Positions 8,625 through 20,900 of a DNA stretch of 64,000 nucleotides are shown piece after piece (positions within the stretch are counted from its first letter, which is position 1; each line of letters starts with the position of its first letter). The notes under the pieces are model-generated. The model saw only the letters and a program-made list of their open reading frames with translations. It had not been told where the DNA came from and ran no database searches. A program made the translations under genes and the position numbers. Origin of the DNA: Macrostomum lignano. Taxonomy: Eukaryota. Where the stretch lies: contig NIVC01000795.1 of the NCBI GenBank assembly GCA_002269645.1, positions 210,870 to 274,869 on the forward strand. Direction: 5' to 3'.

Positions 8625-10374
8625 CTGCACACGGCCTGCAGCACCTCATTGCTGCCCGAGCAGGAGTGCTGGCAGGAAATATAATCAGACAGAGAATGCG
8701 GCTGAGGCGGCGGCTGCGGCTGACTCCGGGAACCCGAGATAGACAGTGAAGCCCTGGTAGTAGTTGGAGGCGGCTGGGACGACTGGATCGGCAAGGACAT
8801 CTGCTGCTGCTGCTGCTGCCGCTGCTGCGGAGGCGACGGCTTCATCAAGCAGACCAGGTAGCGCCGAGATAAACCTGATCAGTTTGAAAATGCAAACTAA
8901 TTAACCTACAGATTCAGTCCCAGAGCTGTCAGGAAGCTGTCAGCGCTTACCGGGCGAACTTGATTGGCTGTCGGACAGCGACTGGACTTTCAGCGTCGCT
9001 TCCAGCGCGAGCGGCTGACAGGCCGCCGATCCGGCGCGAGGAGCGCCGCCTGGGCGCCAGTTGGGCAGCAGGCGCAGGACAGCGCGGCTGGAGTGCGGAT
9101 TGACTGGCGCCGTTCCTGCGGAAATTCGAGCCAAAAAGTGAAACCTGGACTGGGATTCGAGCACTAGTAGAGCCTAGGACACTGGAAGCAGGAGATGAGG
9201 CTGTGGGATTCGAGCACTAGTAGGGCCTAGGACACTGGAAGCAGGAGATGAAGCTGTGGGATTCGAGCACTAGTAGAGCCTAGGACACTGGAAGCTGGAG
9301 ATGAGGCTGTGGGATTCGAGCACTAGTAGAGCCTAGGACACTGGAAGCTGGAGAAGAGACTGTGGGATTCGAGCACTAGTAGAGCCTAGGACACTGGAAG
9401 CTGGAGATGAGGCTGTGGGATTCGAGCACTAGTAGAGCCTAGAGGAATTTGGCGGAGATGACTATAAAGCAGCCCCTTACCAGCCACAGAGGCAATGAGC
9501 GGCTGAACCAGCTGTCTGTCTTCGTTATGCAGAATTGTATAGAGCGGCCTGTGCACCAGATCCTCCGCCGTATAGTCAGTGTAGGCAGCAACATTTTGCG
9601 AGGCGAAGTCAATGATAGCAGATTCGTTCACAACCAGCAGGAAGCCTTCGACAGTCTGTAGCGGTGGGTTTGCATTTCAAATATAACTATGAAATATTGT
9701 AGACTGCAGGTTTAGACTAGGGTGCAGCAATTACAACTATGAATTCAAGATTTCTTGGAGCCTAGTAAAAGGGGGGTTGTAGCTCGTAGCCTAGTCGTTA
9801 GAGCGTCGGACTCGCGACTGAAAGGTCGGGGGTTCGATTCTTGACCCCACTCGGAACTATTTGTGTCATTTAGCAAGACACTTAACTCTGCATTGCTTCA
9901 GTTCACCCAGCTGTAAAATGGGTGCCAGCATTAGCTGGGGTAATTGAGGCTGTGTGTGGCGACCCCCCAGTCTATGTACTGAACAGCCATACGCAGATCC
10001 TTTCAGACGCGCTGCACAATAGCTGCGGCTGAGCTGTTGGTTGCACATCTGCCCATTATGACAGGTGTAATCAATTATATTAATATTATATTCAACTAAG
10101 CAGTCCCACAACTCACATCCAGACTTTCTAATGGTAACTAAGCAGTCCCACAACTCACATCCAGCACCATCTGGCCAATCAGGTGCCCATAGCTGAAGCC
10201 CCCAGTCACAGTAGACTGCAATGCTGCAGACGTGGATGATGACAGACCAGCCGATGTTGATGGCTGCATATCCGGGAGGCTGGCAAAAAATGAGAACTCA
10301 TCCTCAGCATTGGCAGCTTCAACAATGTCAAAGTCCATTTGGTACTCTCGCTTAACATTATTGTCAGATGACAT
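8625..10374 (-). CDS. PAS-domain protein, partial (PAS-A resembles the NCOA/Taiman/CLOCK class); exons 10374-10159, 9655-9481, 9163-8951, 8874-8625
   Basis: Spliced translation ...GHLIGQMVLD|TVEGFLLVVNESAIIDFASQNVAAYTDYTAEDLVHRPLYTILHNEDRQLV... matches the PAS-A pattern (LLxxLDGFLxVVN...FxSxNVxxY..Y..E-L....LYxILH..D). GT-AG junctions have consistent phases 0, 1, 1. Downstream exons not identified. Confidence 0.8.
9151..9442. repeat. 53-bp tandem repeat (5 full units plus a partial one) in a PAS-gene intron
   Basis: TGGGATTCGAGCACTAGTAG recurs at 9151, 9204, 9257, 9310, 9363 and 9416. Confidence 0.95.
9771..10092 (+). mobile_element. tRNA-derived SINE with CORE-like central domain, copy 1
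   Basis: A box TAGCCTAGTCGTTAGAGC, B box GGTTCGATTC, MIR/CORE-like GTGTC..AGCAAGACACTTAAC...CTGTAAAATGGG, AT-rich tail; homologous to 32731-33062. Confidence 0.85.
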
Positions 10375-11963
10375 TGTTGAATTTCAAGATGTTAGCAGGG
10401 TGGCAAAACAGCTTTGCAATCTGTTACATGGCCAAGCTGGTTTAAGCATGCAATTGCATATGTTTTTTTGGCTTGAATTGGCTAAATATTGAATACATCA
10501 TTTACAGAAGTAGACTGAGAAATATGGTTTGCAGTTATTATCATAGGCTAGGTTTTTTTACTGTGTCATAACGTATCCTACTTGTACTTCATTTGAAGTA
10601 TCAATAGTTATAATTATTGGGATAGGGTCACATAGGGTTGGGTGGAGCAAAGCCTAGTGATACAGTGTGGTACTATGATTTAATTCAAGTTTAGTCATAT
10701 TTGGAGCTAAATTTGAATCTTAGCTTGGTTTTGCTTATGCAATTTATGCCCTTGATGATCAACTTCTAAGGCATAATAAAGTGTATATATGCTTAAATAT
10801 AAATAAAGCTAGGCTACTATATACTTTTATATAAAAACCTATTTACATAACTATATATCCAAAGGCTCCCTATTGGAATACAATTTCAAATCCTATGGAT
10901 ATATGGCATACATTTGTAAACATGCTTAGGCATAGTAAATATTATATATAAATATTATTAATTTTATAGTAGTGCAAGATGGAATCAAATTTTATAACTT
11001 TGTATAGCATATAGTCATATACTATATATGCAGTTATTCCAATAGGGCATAGGCTTATATCTACTTAGGGAAATTGGTAGAGTGGCAGTGGTACTACATT
11101 AAGTATAATATATAATCATTTTATTTAATTCAAGAAAGATAAGAATTAACATTAATATACATTTTAAAAAGCTCTAGAATGCAAGTCTAATAGAATTTTA
11201 TAAGAAATAAAAAGATTTAAATTATTAAACTTCTTATTTTTCAAATTTAAAAGAAAAGGAAATTATTCAGCCACTTGATTTCTTTTACAATTATCTGTAA
11301 AACATTTATTAAAAATTATATATATATAACTCTTATATATATCTAAACAATCACCTATAACCATTTATTTAAATTATAAATAAGGATATAAATAATCTTT
11401 TAAATTTTAGATCAAAGAAGATTGAATATACAAATACAAAAATGAAGAGATTGCGTACATGGTAGCCAATCATATAAGCTCAGAATTGCATGCATAGCAG
11501 CTCTCCACCTAGTGTTTAAACTGTGTGCACAGTAGCTGGCAGTTATAGGCCTAAGCCTAATCTGGGTGTTACTACTAACTAAACCTAATTAAAAATTATT
11601 ATTACTATATTATTTTGAATTATCATATGTACACCATGTATAGCAAATATAATCTCAATTCATTGCTTTTTTTTTGTTAATTTGAATACTAATTTGAACA
11701 GTATATGACTCACTGTATATAAGAAATATAGCTGCCATGCATGCAAGCTCTTTGATACAAAAAATATAGGCCTAACTATAAGATTAGGAGTATAAAAAGT
11801 TATAAAAATATAAAGAAAACAAAACTATCATAGGCCTAAAAACCATTTAAAAACATCAAGTTACAATGTTAATACTTGAATCAAAATCCATTTAAAGATA
11901 CTTACTCAAGGTTTTCAATAATAGGCTTAATACTAAAAGGCAAAGTTAGGCCTACAATAAAAT

Positions 11964-12748
11964 GGCTCATTCCATATAAGATGGACATATTTGGAAAATA
12001 GAAAAAAGTCAATATTTTTGCTTGCCATTGCCTAATTAGCCTATTTTTTTACCAAATGTTTATATTGTGCAATATATACAATCTAAGAATAAAGGAATGG
12101 TAAAATGTTGGATTAGTATGTTATCAATTGGCAAAAAGTCATTTTTGTTAAAATTTGGACATTTTTTGAAGCAAAAGACATCAGTAAGATTTTGTACCTT
12201 TTAAAAACAAATAGAAAGCTTTTGAAGGTTGAAACAAACTATAGATAAAAGTATAGTACTTGCATCATCAGATAAAAGCATTGGTGACCAAATAATCTAT
12301 TATATTTTTAATGTATTAGTACCTCAAAGTTACTGAATTGACAGAAAAAAATATGTTACGACCACAATGTTACGACCATAAGGCTGCCTTTTCTTTTGTA
12401 TCTTTGTTGCCTTTTGAGTTTATATATTCTAATAAAAGAGTATGATTTCTAAAGATGTTCTTAGTCAAATTTTAAAAATGTATTGCAAATATCAAAAATG
12501 AAAAATGTTATAAGACTTTTACCTTTTAGTTTCTATATGTCAAAAATCCTGTCGTTACGACCATAAGTGTCATTTAAGGTTTAATAGCATCTATACTAAT
12601 GATGATATCTATATGAAACTCTATAAATATATTCTAGACAAAATAATCTTTCATTTAAAATATTGGTTTAGTATATTCTATTATTAGATTTCATTTTATA
12701 AGTAAAAATAACCTGTCATGTTACGACCATGCTTATATGGAATGAGCC
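11964..12748. mobile_element. Non-autonomous DNA transposon (MITE), 17-bp TIRs, possibly Harbinger/ISL2EU-like
   Basis: GGCTCATTCCATATAAG (11964-11980) is the exact reverse complement of 12732-12748. Internal GTTACGACCA motif occurs four times. TSD not clean. Confidence 0.7.
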
Positions 12749-13176
12749 AAATACATTTAACTTAAAGATTAAAAATTAAGGAAATACTTATTTCCACAGT
12801 CCTTTACAGATAATTCTAATTTTATCCACACAGATCTATGTTAATAATTTTCAGCTTTTCCCCATGGCAGCTTATTCGAATAGAGAACCTACCTTAAAAT
12901 GAATCTGTTCAAAAAAGACTATTTGTTTTCACTGTTTTGCAAATCTTCCAAACTACTAAATACTGAATAGTATTGAATACTTTGTTAAAACTTTTTTGTT
13001 ATTAAAAGGGTTAATTTTAAATTTTCACTTAGCTACTAGGCCTAGCTTTGCTTAGAATGACCAAATGAACCCTAAGATTGAGCAAGTCAAATGAGACTTG
13101 CAAAGTTCAAAATTAAAAAATGTAATAATAGGCCTAATGATAATAATACTAATAATAATGACAATATTGATTTATT

Positions 13177-14432
13177 CAGTGTTGGGCACTTCCGTTACCG
13201 AGTAACTTGTAAATGGTAACGCAAGTTACTTTTTCGTAAAGCGTTCCTTACGCAAGTTACTTTCCTATTTTGGTAACGGAGTAACGGTAAGTTACTCAAA
13301 TTTCGGAAGTCCGTTACAGTTACTTTGCAACAATCGCAATATTTAAATTTAAAACTGATATGCTTAGCTATTACTCCAGTTGTCACATTTTTAGCATTTT
13401 TCATTCCTAAATTCAAAACTAAGTGAATAATATCATACGGTATTACGCTGTAATTAATAAAGAAATACTTGAAACATGTTTTTACTTTGTTATTTTCGGT
13501 AAAATATTTTTGCTTTTCGTTTTTAAGTTAATAAAAATATTTTGTTTAGTTCTTAGAAACAAACAACCAAAGAAAGAAATTCATCTGTAGTCTCCACAAA
13601 TCCACTCAGTGATCGACGTAGCCAGGAATTTTAATTGGGGGGGGGCGGGTTGGCCTGGCTGGCCATGCCTCATGCCATTGCCACTTTTAGCGCCGCAGGC
13701 ACTCATTTTAGCGCCGCAAGCACTCATTTAAGCGCCGCAGGCACTCATTTAAGCGCCGCAGGCACTCAATCGCCTCATGGTTTTTGGTACCCGCCACGCC
13801 CAACCCCACCCCCCCCCAGGTGGGGTGTCTTGCAGGTGGGGTGAAGTTGCCGCCCCAACGATTGTTAAGGCGGCCTCCCTGGCTACACCACTAAAGTCCA
13901 CTGGCACTGCACTGCACTGCACAATAATTTAATATTAATGATAATAATTGAAAATAAATAAAAAGACTAGTAAAGCAGACTGTAGAGTGGAGTAAAGCCA
14001 GGTACTTATTACGAGCGATGTATTATCAAGGACAACTGAAGTTACGTTAAGTTGTCCTTGTGTATTATAACTTATAATGTTATTAAAAATTAAATTGCGT
14101 TTTGCCTTTAACGTTTCTGACCTTCAGCTTCTCTTCTTTTTACGGAAAGGGCCTAAAGTGATTAAAATTTAATACAGTTACTGAAATTAATGTTGTTGTA
14201 TTCTTCCTCCTGGCTTTCGCGATCATTTGTGCTGTTCCATCACATTTGCAATGTTAAAAAAGCAGAAAATTTTGTTAATAACATAGGTAACGGAAGTAAG
14301 TAACGGAAGTAACTTAAAAGTTACCGGGTTTTTGTTCAAAGTTACTAGGCTAACGTAAGTTACTTTTTAAAAAGTGGTAGCTTAAGTTACAGTAACGCAA
14401 GTTACTTTTTTTGAGTAACTTGCCCAACACTG
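13177..14432. mobile_element. hAT-type MITE, 1256 bp
   Basis: TIRs CAGTGTTGGG...CCCAACACTG; perfect 8-bp TSD GATTTATT (13169-13176 and 14433-14440); subterminal GTAAC/GTTAC arrays. Confidence 0.92.
13607..13893. mobile_element. Degenerate GC-rich MITE nested in the hAT MITE
   Basis: Ends CAGTGATCGACGTAGCCAGG and CCTGGCTACACCACTA; 7/8 flank match (AATCCACT vs AGTCCACT); internal ~23-bp repeat TAGCGCCGCAGGCACTCATT x4. Confidence 0.55.
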
Positions 14433-16686
14433 GATTTATTGTCACAAAACTTACACAAAACTTAACACAAACAACTGCACTTAGCCATGGAGATAAGCTG
14501 AAATTATTGACATTGATCTGTGTGGATAAAATTAGAATTATCAGCACGGGACCATAGGGATAAGCACTTCCAAAAATTAATTATAAGATAATGTTGACTG
14601 TTAAAGATATATAAATATCAAGCTAGGCCCTAATAAATAAACTATCAATTTTGAAAATAAAAATATGAAACTTTAGGCTTAGCTTAAGACTAAACTAAGT
14701 CATTTTTATTTTTGCAATAAAACATTCAATTTAAAGTTGAAACACTAAAATTTGAAGCCATATGAATATTATATACCTATTATATAAACTAATGGCCTAT
14801 ACTGCTATAGGCCTATATTCTCTAATATTAAATAAGTTTAAAATAGTGAATAGCCAATTTATCCATTCATTAACAGTTATAAAAAAATAGAATTTAATAT
14901 TAAAATTCTATTCAAGAACATTCAAGGACATTCAAGAACATTGATGACTTGGATCGGACTTAAAATCAATTGTTTCAAATCTTAAACAATAGAACAAGAA
15001 ACACTGTTTGTTTTTCAATTAAAAGCAAATAATCGCGAAATTAAGCAACTCAATTAGTTTAAAAACAATATACATTGAATCTGACTGGGTCTGGTTTACA
15101 GCAAATTTTGTTATTTTTCTTTAGGCTATTAACGAGCAGACTTTCTGTACGCTGAGAACGCTGACTTCATAAATTCCGAATATTCACTGGTTTTAGGAAT
15201 AATGAGCAACCTAAAATCTTTCCTAGGCCTACTCGTTCTTGAACAATCCTTCGTCTACTGGTCTGAGTTGGACCTGTGGACAACTGAAGTGGAATGGAAT
15301 GACGTTACACACTATTTTCTTAGAAATAAAGATGGAGTTCATTAGAGAATGTATATTCACACGTATATACAATGGTCCTTGCGTATATTTTTCGTATTGC
15401 TGTAGTTCAGTAATGCAGTTAGCATGGTCTCGAGAAATCACAATTGTTTACATGGCGAAACAGCTAATTCAGTGCTTCTACTGCTGTCGAGGCATCCGAG
15501 ATTTTCGCTATAGAGCAAGGTCCACTGTATACAACTATATACAGTAGTCCTTGCGCTAGAGTATCAAATACTCTTTGATAGTATATTCTGCTGTTTTCAA
15601 AAGTCCTAAAGTCGATCATTTGTTGAAAATTGCGCAATCTATTTAAAAATGGTGATTCCGGTTCATTCTACCAAGGTATAATGAGACAGACTTGATCCAC
15701 GACGTCTGACTCAATCTGAAGTTTTCAGTTGCAATTCCAGACTCTCGATCCCGTGCTGTTCCACACGTCGACCCCATACATTTGGGTGCTTGTTGGCATC
15801 GTGAGTGTTCAATTCAAGGCAGATATCCTTGGGGCTGCTGAACAGAGGCTAAGCAACAGGCTTAGCTAGTGACCAATCCTAGTAACCATCATCTAGTAGG
15901 ACTTTGGTAAAATATGAAAGGGCAACCTGAACTTGAAAAATGAAATTAATGTTTTCCTTAAATCCTTAATAGAAATTACATCTGCGGTGCATAAAAAATG
16001 CAATGCCCATCATGCATGCACTTTGTTGGACGGCTTGCGAGAAACTGTTTCGTTCGGGGTGACCTCTGCATGAAGTAACTCGCCCGCTCCTTTGTGGCAG
16101 AGGCGACGAAAATGCCAAGAACATGTTGGTTGCCAACGTCTGGTTTTATAACATAGAGAGACCTTGCAGAGACAAAACCGTCTTTGGGAACCTGAGAACA
16201 TCTCTCGACTCGCATGCACTAAGATAATACTTCTGCTTAAGGCGGCTGTGTATAGTTCTCACAATGAAAAGTGTGCAAGACCGGCCTGGCCCTGGGCCCG
16301 TTAAACTGACCGAGAGGGTAGTTATGAGTAAATTTCATTGTAAAAAATCGGGCTCAATGGCTCTCTTACAGGTAAAAGTTGCCTGTTACCAGGCCGCAGT
16401 GCCCCAATAGCCAGATGCCTGCCTTGTTTCTATGACTTATAAATGGGGACAAAACTTGGGTACGTGCCCAACGCCTCCGAGGCAAGGGGGTTTCAAGTTC
16501 GAGTTTTATCGACAGAGAGTACGTCCTCAGATCTCCACTATAAACTTTCTGCATCTGCTGAACGAACTCAGTTATTGAAAGCAAGGTAGTTCGTAATTTA
16601 TATTAATTTTTAACTTTTAGTGCATTCGTTGACATGCATGACTAGCTTCCAGCCCCATTCTTGTCTATGAGCTAATCTAATCTTGG

Positions 16687-17830
16687 CCGAATCTCATACC
16701 ACCGAATCCCACCGAATCTCTCCGAATCTCTCCGAATCTCATTTCACCGAATCTCGCCGTATCTCACCAAATCTCATCTCACCGAATCTCACCGAATCTC
16801 ACTAAATCACTCCGAATCTTACCGATTCTCATTTCATCGACTCTCATTACACCAACACAACAACAACAAAATACGCTGTCATGATGGTAAAAGTCAGCGT
16901 CACAGGGCGCGCTTCATGGCTTGGGCGCGAACAAAGGCCGCGCCACCGGCAGTGTCCGGGGCGCCGGCGTCAGCCAGCAGACAGTCGACATAACGCCGAG
17001 TTCGCGCTTGACCTCGCCGGTAGGGTGCCTGCAGCGTGAGCAGCAGCACCTCCTGCACCGGCTGTGGGCAGTACGACTCGGCGCGGATGAGATGGCCTGC
17101 GAGCTGGAGTCGCCGACGGCGCAGTAGATCACTTGGACGTGGCAGGCTAGCGCGGCGATAGAGTACCGCGTTGGTGACTCGCTCGACGCCGATGTTGAAG
17201 GCGGCGCGCAGCAGACCAGCGTGCGCCGCATCGACTTGCTGTTCGAGTGAGTCCGTCAGCGTCCAGGTCTCGGCGTTGTACAGCAGGACGGTCTCGATTA
17301 CCGCCTGGAACAGCGCCGCCCTCTGGCGGTCCGGTAGGGCCTCGGACTGCAGGACTGCCCTCACAGAACGAAAGGCAGCCCAGGCAAGCCCGCGGCGGCG
17401 TCGCAGGTCCTCGCGAGCGTCTGGAACCAGACCGCCGAGGTAGACGAACTGCTGACATCGCGGGAGTTCGGTCGCCTGCCCGTCAGCGCCTCGGCAAAAT
17501 ATTGCAGCCTCGATGTCGTCCGGCACGCAGAGCACAACGGTCTTCTGCGTGTTGACCACCAGGCCGACACTCGCCGCAACGGCAACCAGCCTGTCCAGCT
17601 GCCGTTGGGCGCCCTCGACGGTCGAGGACAGCAGGGCGAGGTCGTCGGCGTAGCCAATCTCTCCGAATCTCATCTCACCGAATCTCATCTCACCGAATCT
17701 CACTGAATCTCACTGAATCTCTCCGAATCTCTCCAAATCTCATCTCACCGAATCTCATCTCACCGAATCCCACCGAATCTCTCCGAATCTCACTTCACCG
17801 AACCTAATTATTTAATCGAATCTCATCTCG
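16687..17830. repeat. (ACCGAATCTC)-type ~10-bp minisatellite split by the RTE insertion (16687-16850 and 17656-17830)
   Basis: The same CCGAATCT motif is tandemly repeated on both sides of the LINE fragment. Confidence 0.9.
16851..17655 (-). mobile_element. 5'-truncated RTE-clade non-LTR retrotransposon (C-terminal RT and 3' tail)
   Basis: ORF 16900-17655: YADDLALL...VGLVVNTQKT...FVYLG...VLLYNAETWTL...LQLAGHLIR; short 3' UTR ending in (TTG)n; GC-rich. Confidence 0.9.
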
Positions 17831-17975
17831 CAGGCTCTCATCCTACTGAATCTTGTCTCACACCTCATATCCCATATCGCTGTAGCTCGTATACCTAAAA
17901 AACTACTTTCTTTAACCCTCGTTGTCAGCGAACTTCAAAATTCATGAATGTACTCCATACATTTTGCCGCCAGCG

Positions 17976-20900
17976 ATGGCTGCCGCTCGCTCCGCCGCCC
18001 CACCGCTGGGTCCGGGTGCCCCAGCCGGAAGCAGCCACGCCATCTTCGACGGATTCGACCAGTCTGATTGGCCCGAGAAACCGATGCCACCGGCGGAGGT
18101 GCCCGATCCGACACCCAGAGACGACAACCGCGTCCAGACGAAAGTGCGGCCGGCTATGCAGTACCGATTCACGGACAAGCTGCTATTCATGGACGAGTTG
18201 TTGATTCACGCCAGCGATAAACAATTCAAAGAAGCGTTGAAATTTGCTAACAGCAAAGACGAAAGCACTCTGAAGCTGCACGAAGATGAGCACTCGAGAA
18301 CTGCGGCTCACTATGCTGCAATGAGCTCTGAAGGAAAAGAACTACTCAAGACGTTGATCGAGAAGGCGGGTAAATCTTGCCTTGACCATCGAGACTCGAA
18401 CTCAGCTACTCCGCTTCACTACGCTGCTCAGAACTATCGTATTGAGCAGTTTCACCAGCTGCATCCCGACGCCGAGCAGGAGCTGCGGAGCTCAAAGATG
18501 AGGGATCAAGCTGGAGACACGCTGGCCCACTACGCTGCCAGAAACACTACAGATGAGTCAGTCCTGAGATCGGCGCTTCACGAGAATCTCCCTGCTATGC
18601 TATGGAAGAACAATAGAGGTCATACATGTGGCCGTTGAGCATTGCGGTGATGAGCTGGTGAACCATCTGCTCGAACAGGCCAGAGAGCACCTTGGGAATA
18701 GGATAAATGAAGAAAAGATTGCAGTTGACAACGACGGAGACACGCTGGCTCACTGTGCCGCTAGGAACGAAAATCCAGGCTGCCAAAATGATGAAGTGTT
18801 TGAAGAAGTGAAGACATTTTTCGGCAACGAGTGCCTCAGCTGGAAGGATTCGGCGGGACAGTCAGTGCTGAAGACAGTCATTCAGCGTTGCGCCGACGAA
18901 ACGGCTAAGCAGATGGTGGAGGCGTTTGCTGACAAAAAATTGCAGCAACTAAGAGAATATGCTGATGAAGAGAAAAACAGCTACCTGCACATTGCGGCAA
19001 TGAGCGAAAAATGCAAAACATTCGCCAGAATATTAGAGATCCTGAAGCAAGCCAGCACTGAAGACGAATGCATTGAGCTAATTAGCGAAAAAAGAAATGA
19101 CGACGGCCAAACAGTATTGCATATCGTGGCTGGCGGTGACAAGAAACTCTTGAAAGCAATTCGGGAAAAGTTGACAACCCTCAAATTAAATAACTTCATT
19201 GCCGATCGCGATGGCAGAGGCAGAAATATGCTCTTCTACGCTTGCATGGCGTGGAATTTTTCGCTCCTGAAGATCCTGCAGAGCCAATCAGACGCTTTCA
19301 AAGAAGTTGATGCCGACGAGAATAGCCTCTTGCACGCCATGTTCTTAAATCACAGAGTCGATGAACTTGTTTCTTCGGAGGAATTTTTCCAAAACGTGGC
19401 CTTTCTTGCCGAGAAAATGCCAAATGGCGTGAATCACGAGAACAATCTAAAAAAGAACTTTCTTCACTGCTCGCAATTAAAGGAGAAAGTTCTCATTAAA
19501 ATTTTAAGTGCCGCGGTCGATAGTCCGATTTTGAAAAAAGTTTTTCTTAACAAGGATGGCGTTCACGTAGTTCACGAGTTCGCGAGCCGGTACAACCTGG
19601 AGAATCTGATCGAACCTCTCGCCTCGATTGCGAATGCCGAGAAAGCCGAACTACGCAGCAAGGTAGTGGAACGGGGTCCCAACAAAGGTGCCAATTGCCT
19701 GCACTTCGCTTGTCAAGCAGGCCACCAGGCCAACATTGCCTATTTAACGAAAAACGGCCTTAAAATAACTGACATGGACCACGATGGGCTGACTTGCATC
19801 GACTACGCTCGCGATGCTGACCAGCTGAAAAAGTTAGTGGAGGCCCAGGGCTTCCAACCGATCGAGGCTTGCCGTCTTTTTGACCCACTGCACCGTGCAG
19901 TGAAGCTGCCTGACCGGCCGGCCGCGATGCAGCACATTGCTCGAATTGTCGACCAGGTGGTGAAAGAAAAGTTAGAAAGAGGCCCATCAAGATTTAAAAG
20001 GGAGAACCAGTCGTCACAGGGGGTCTCCGTGTTGCAAGCAGCCTGGGATGATGACTCACCCCAAGCGTTTCGCAGCGCACTAAAACTAAGCTTACTAGGG
20101 GCAAAGACAGAGAAAGGATTCATTCGACAGTGGATCAAAGACCACCCAGATGATAGTTCTATAGATAAAAATCCAATCGAGATGCAACTAATTGACCTTG
20201 CACTTAAACACAACAAACTCGATCTTCTGCCTGACCTCATCATCACGAGGCAGTTCGAACTGATTCCCAGCTGCATTAGACTAATCATTCAGCTGAAGAG
20301 AAAGATCAAAAAGCACGATGTTTATCACGACCAGCTAAAGAGTCTCGCAAGCAAAGTCATCAGCATAGCCGTAAACACGCTTGGCCAGCTGTATGCAAAT
20401 TCAGATGACAAAGATAGAGAGCTTTTATTCAATTACATCAGAGGCGAAATCGGAGGTCCAAGGTACAGCATTGACGAAAATGAAAACAGTAGAGCGACCA
20501 GATGCTGCAGCGGTGAGTCTCAACGGTGCACAGTTTTGGACCTCGTTGAAATTGCTGAATGCGAAGACCTGTTTGCTACAGACTGCATCTACAAACTGGC
20601 TAAGGAGGAGTGGAAGAAGGCAAAGAACTGCGGAAGTCCAACTACCCACTTCGGATTTAGCCTAGCTACCTACATCGTATTCATGTTGTACTTTGTTTGG
20701 TTTGTTACCGACTTTAAGACGACATTCAATTCGTTTGTGAGCGACGCAATTCTGACTGCGTTTGCGCTGCTGTTTCTTGTGCTCGAAGTATTTGACTTTA
20801 CCTTGCTGCCACCAAAAGCAATCTGTTGTGGTGGTAGGTCGAGTAAGTGCTCGATGTACTGGAGAAATGTGTACAATGTGTTTGACTTCATAGCTCTATT

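Noticed and set aside
9151-9442. CRISPR-like appearance of this and other regular repeats
   Set aside because: Units are contiguous without unique spacers, there are no cas genes, and the context is eukaryotic.
9771-9850. Possible tRNA genes here and at 32731
   Set aside because: A/B boxes are present but there is no acceptor stem closure, and both continue into a shared SINE body.
10500-11960. Long AT-rich stretch
   Set aside because: No ORF, repeat structure or motif beyond compositional bias.
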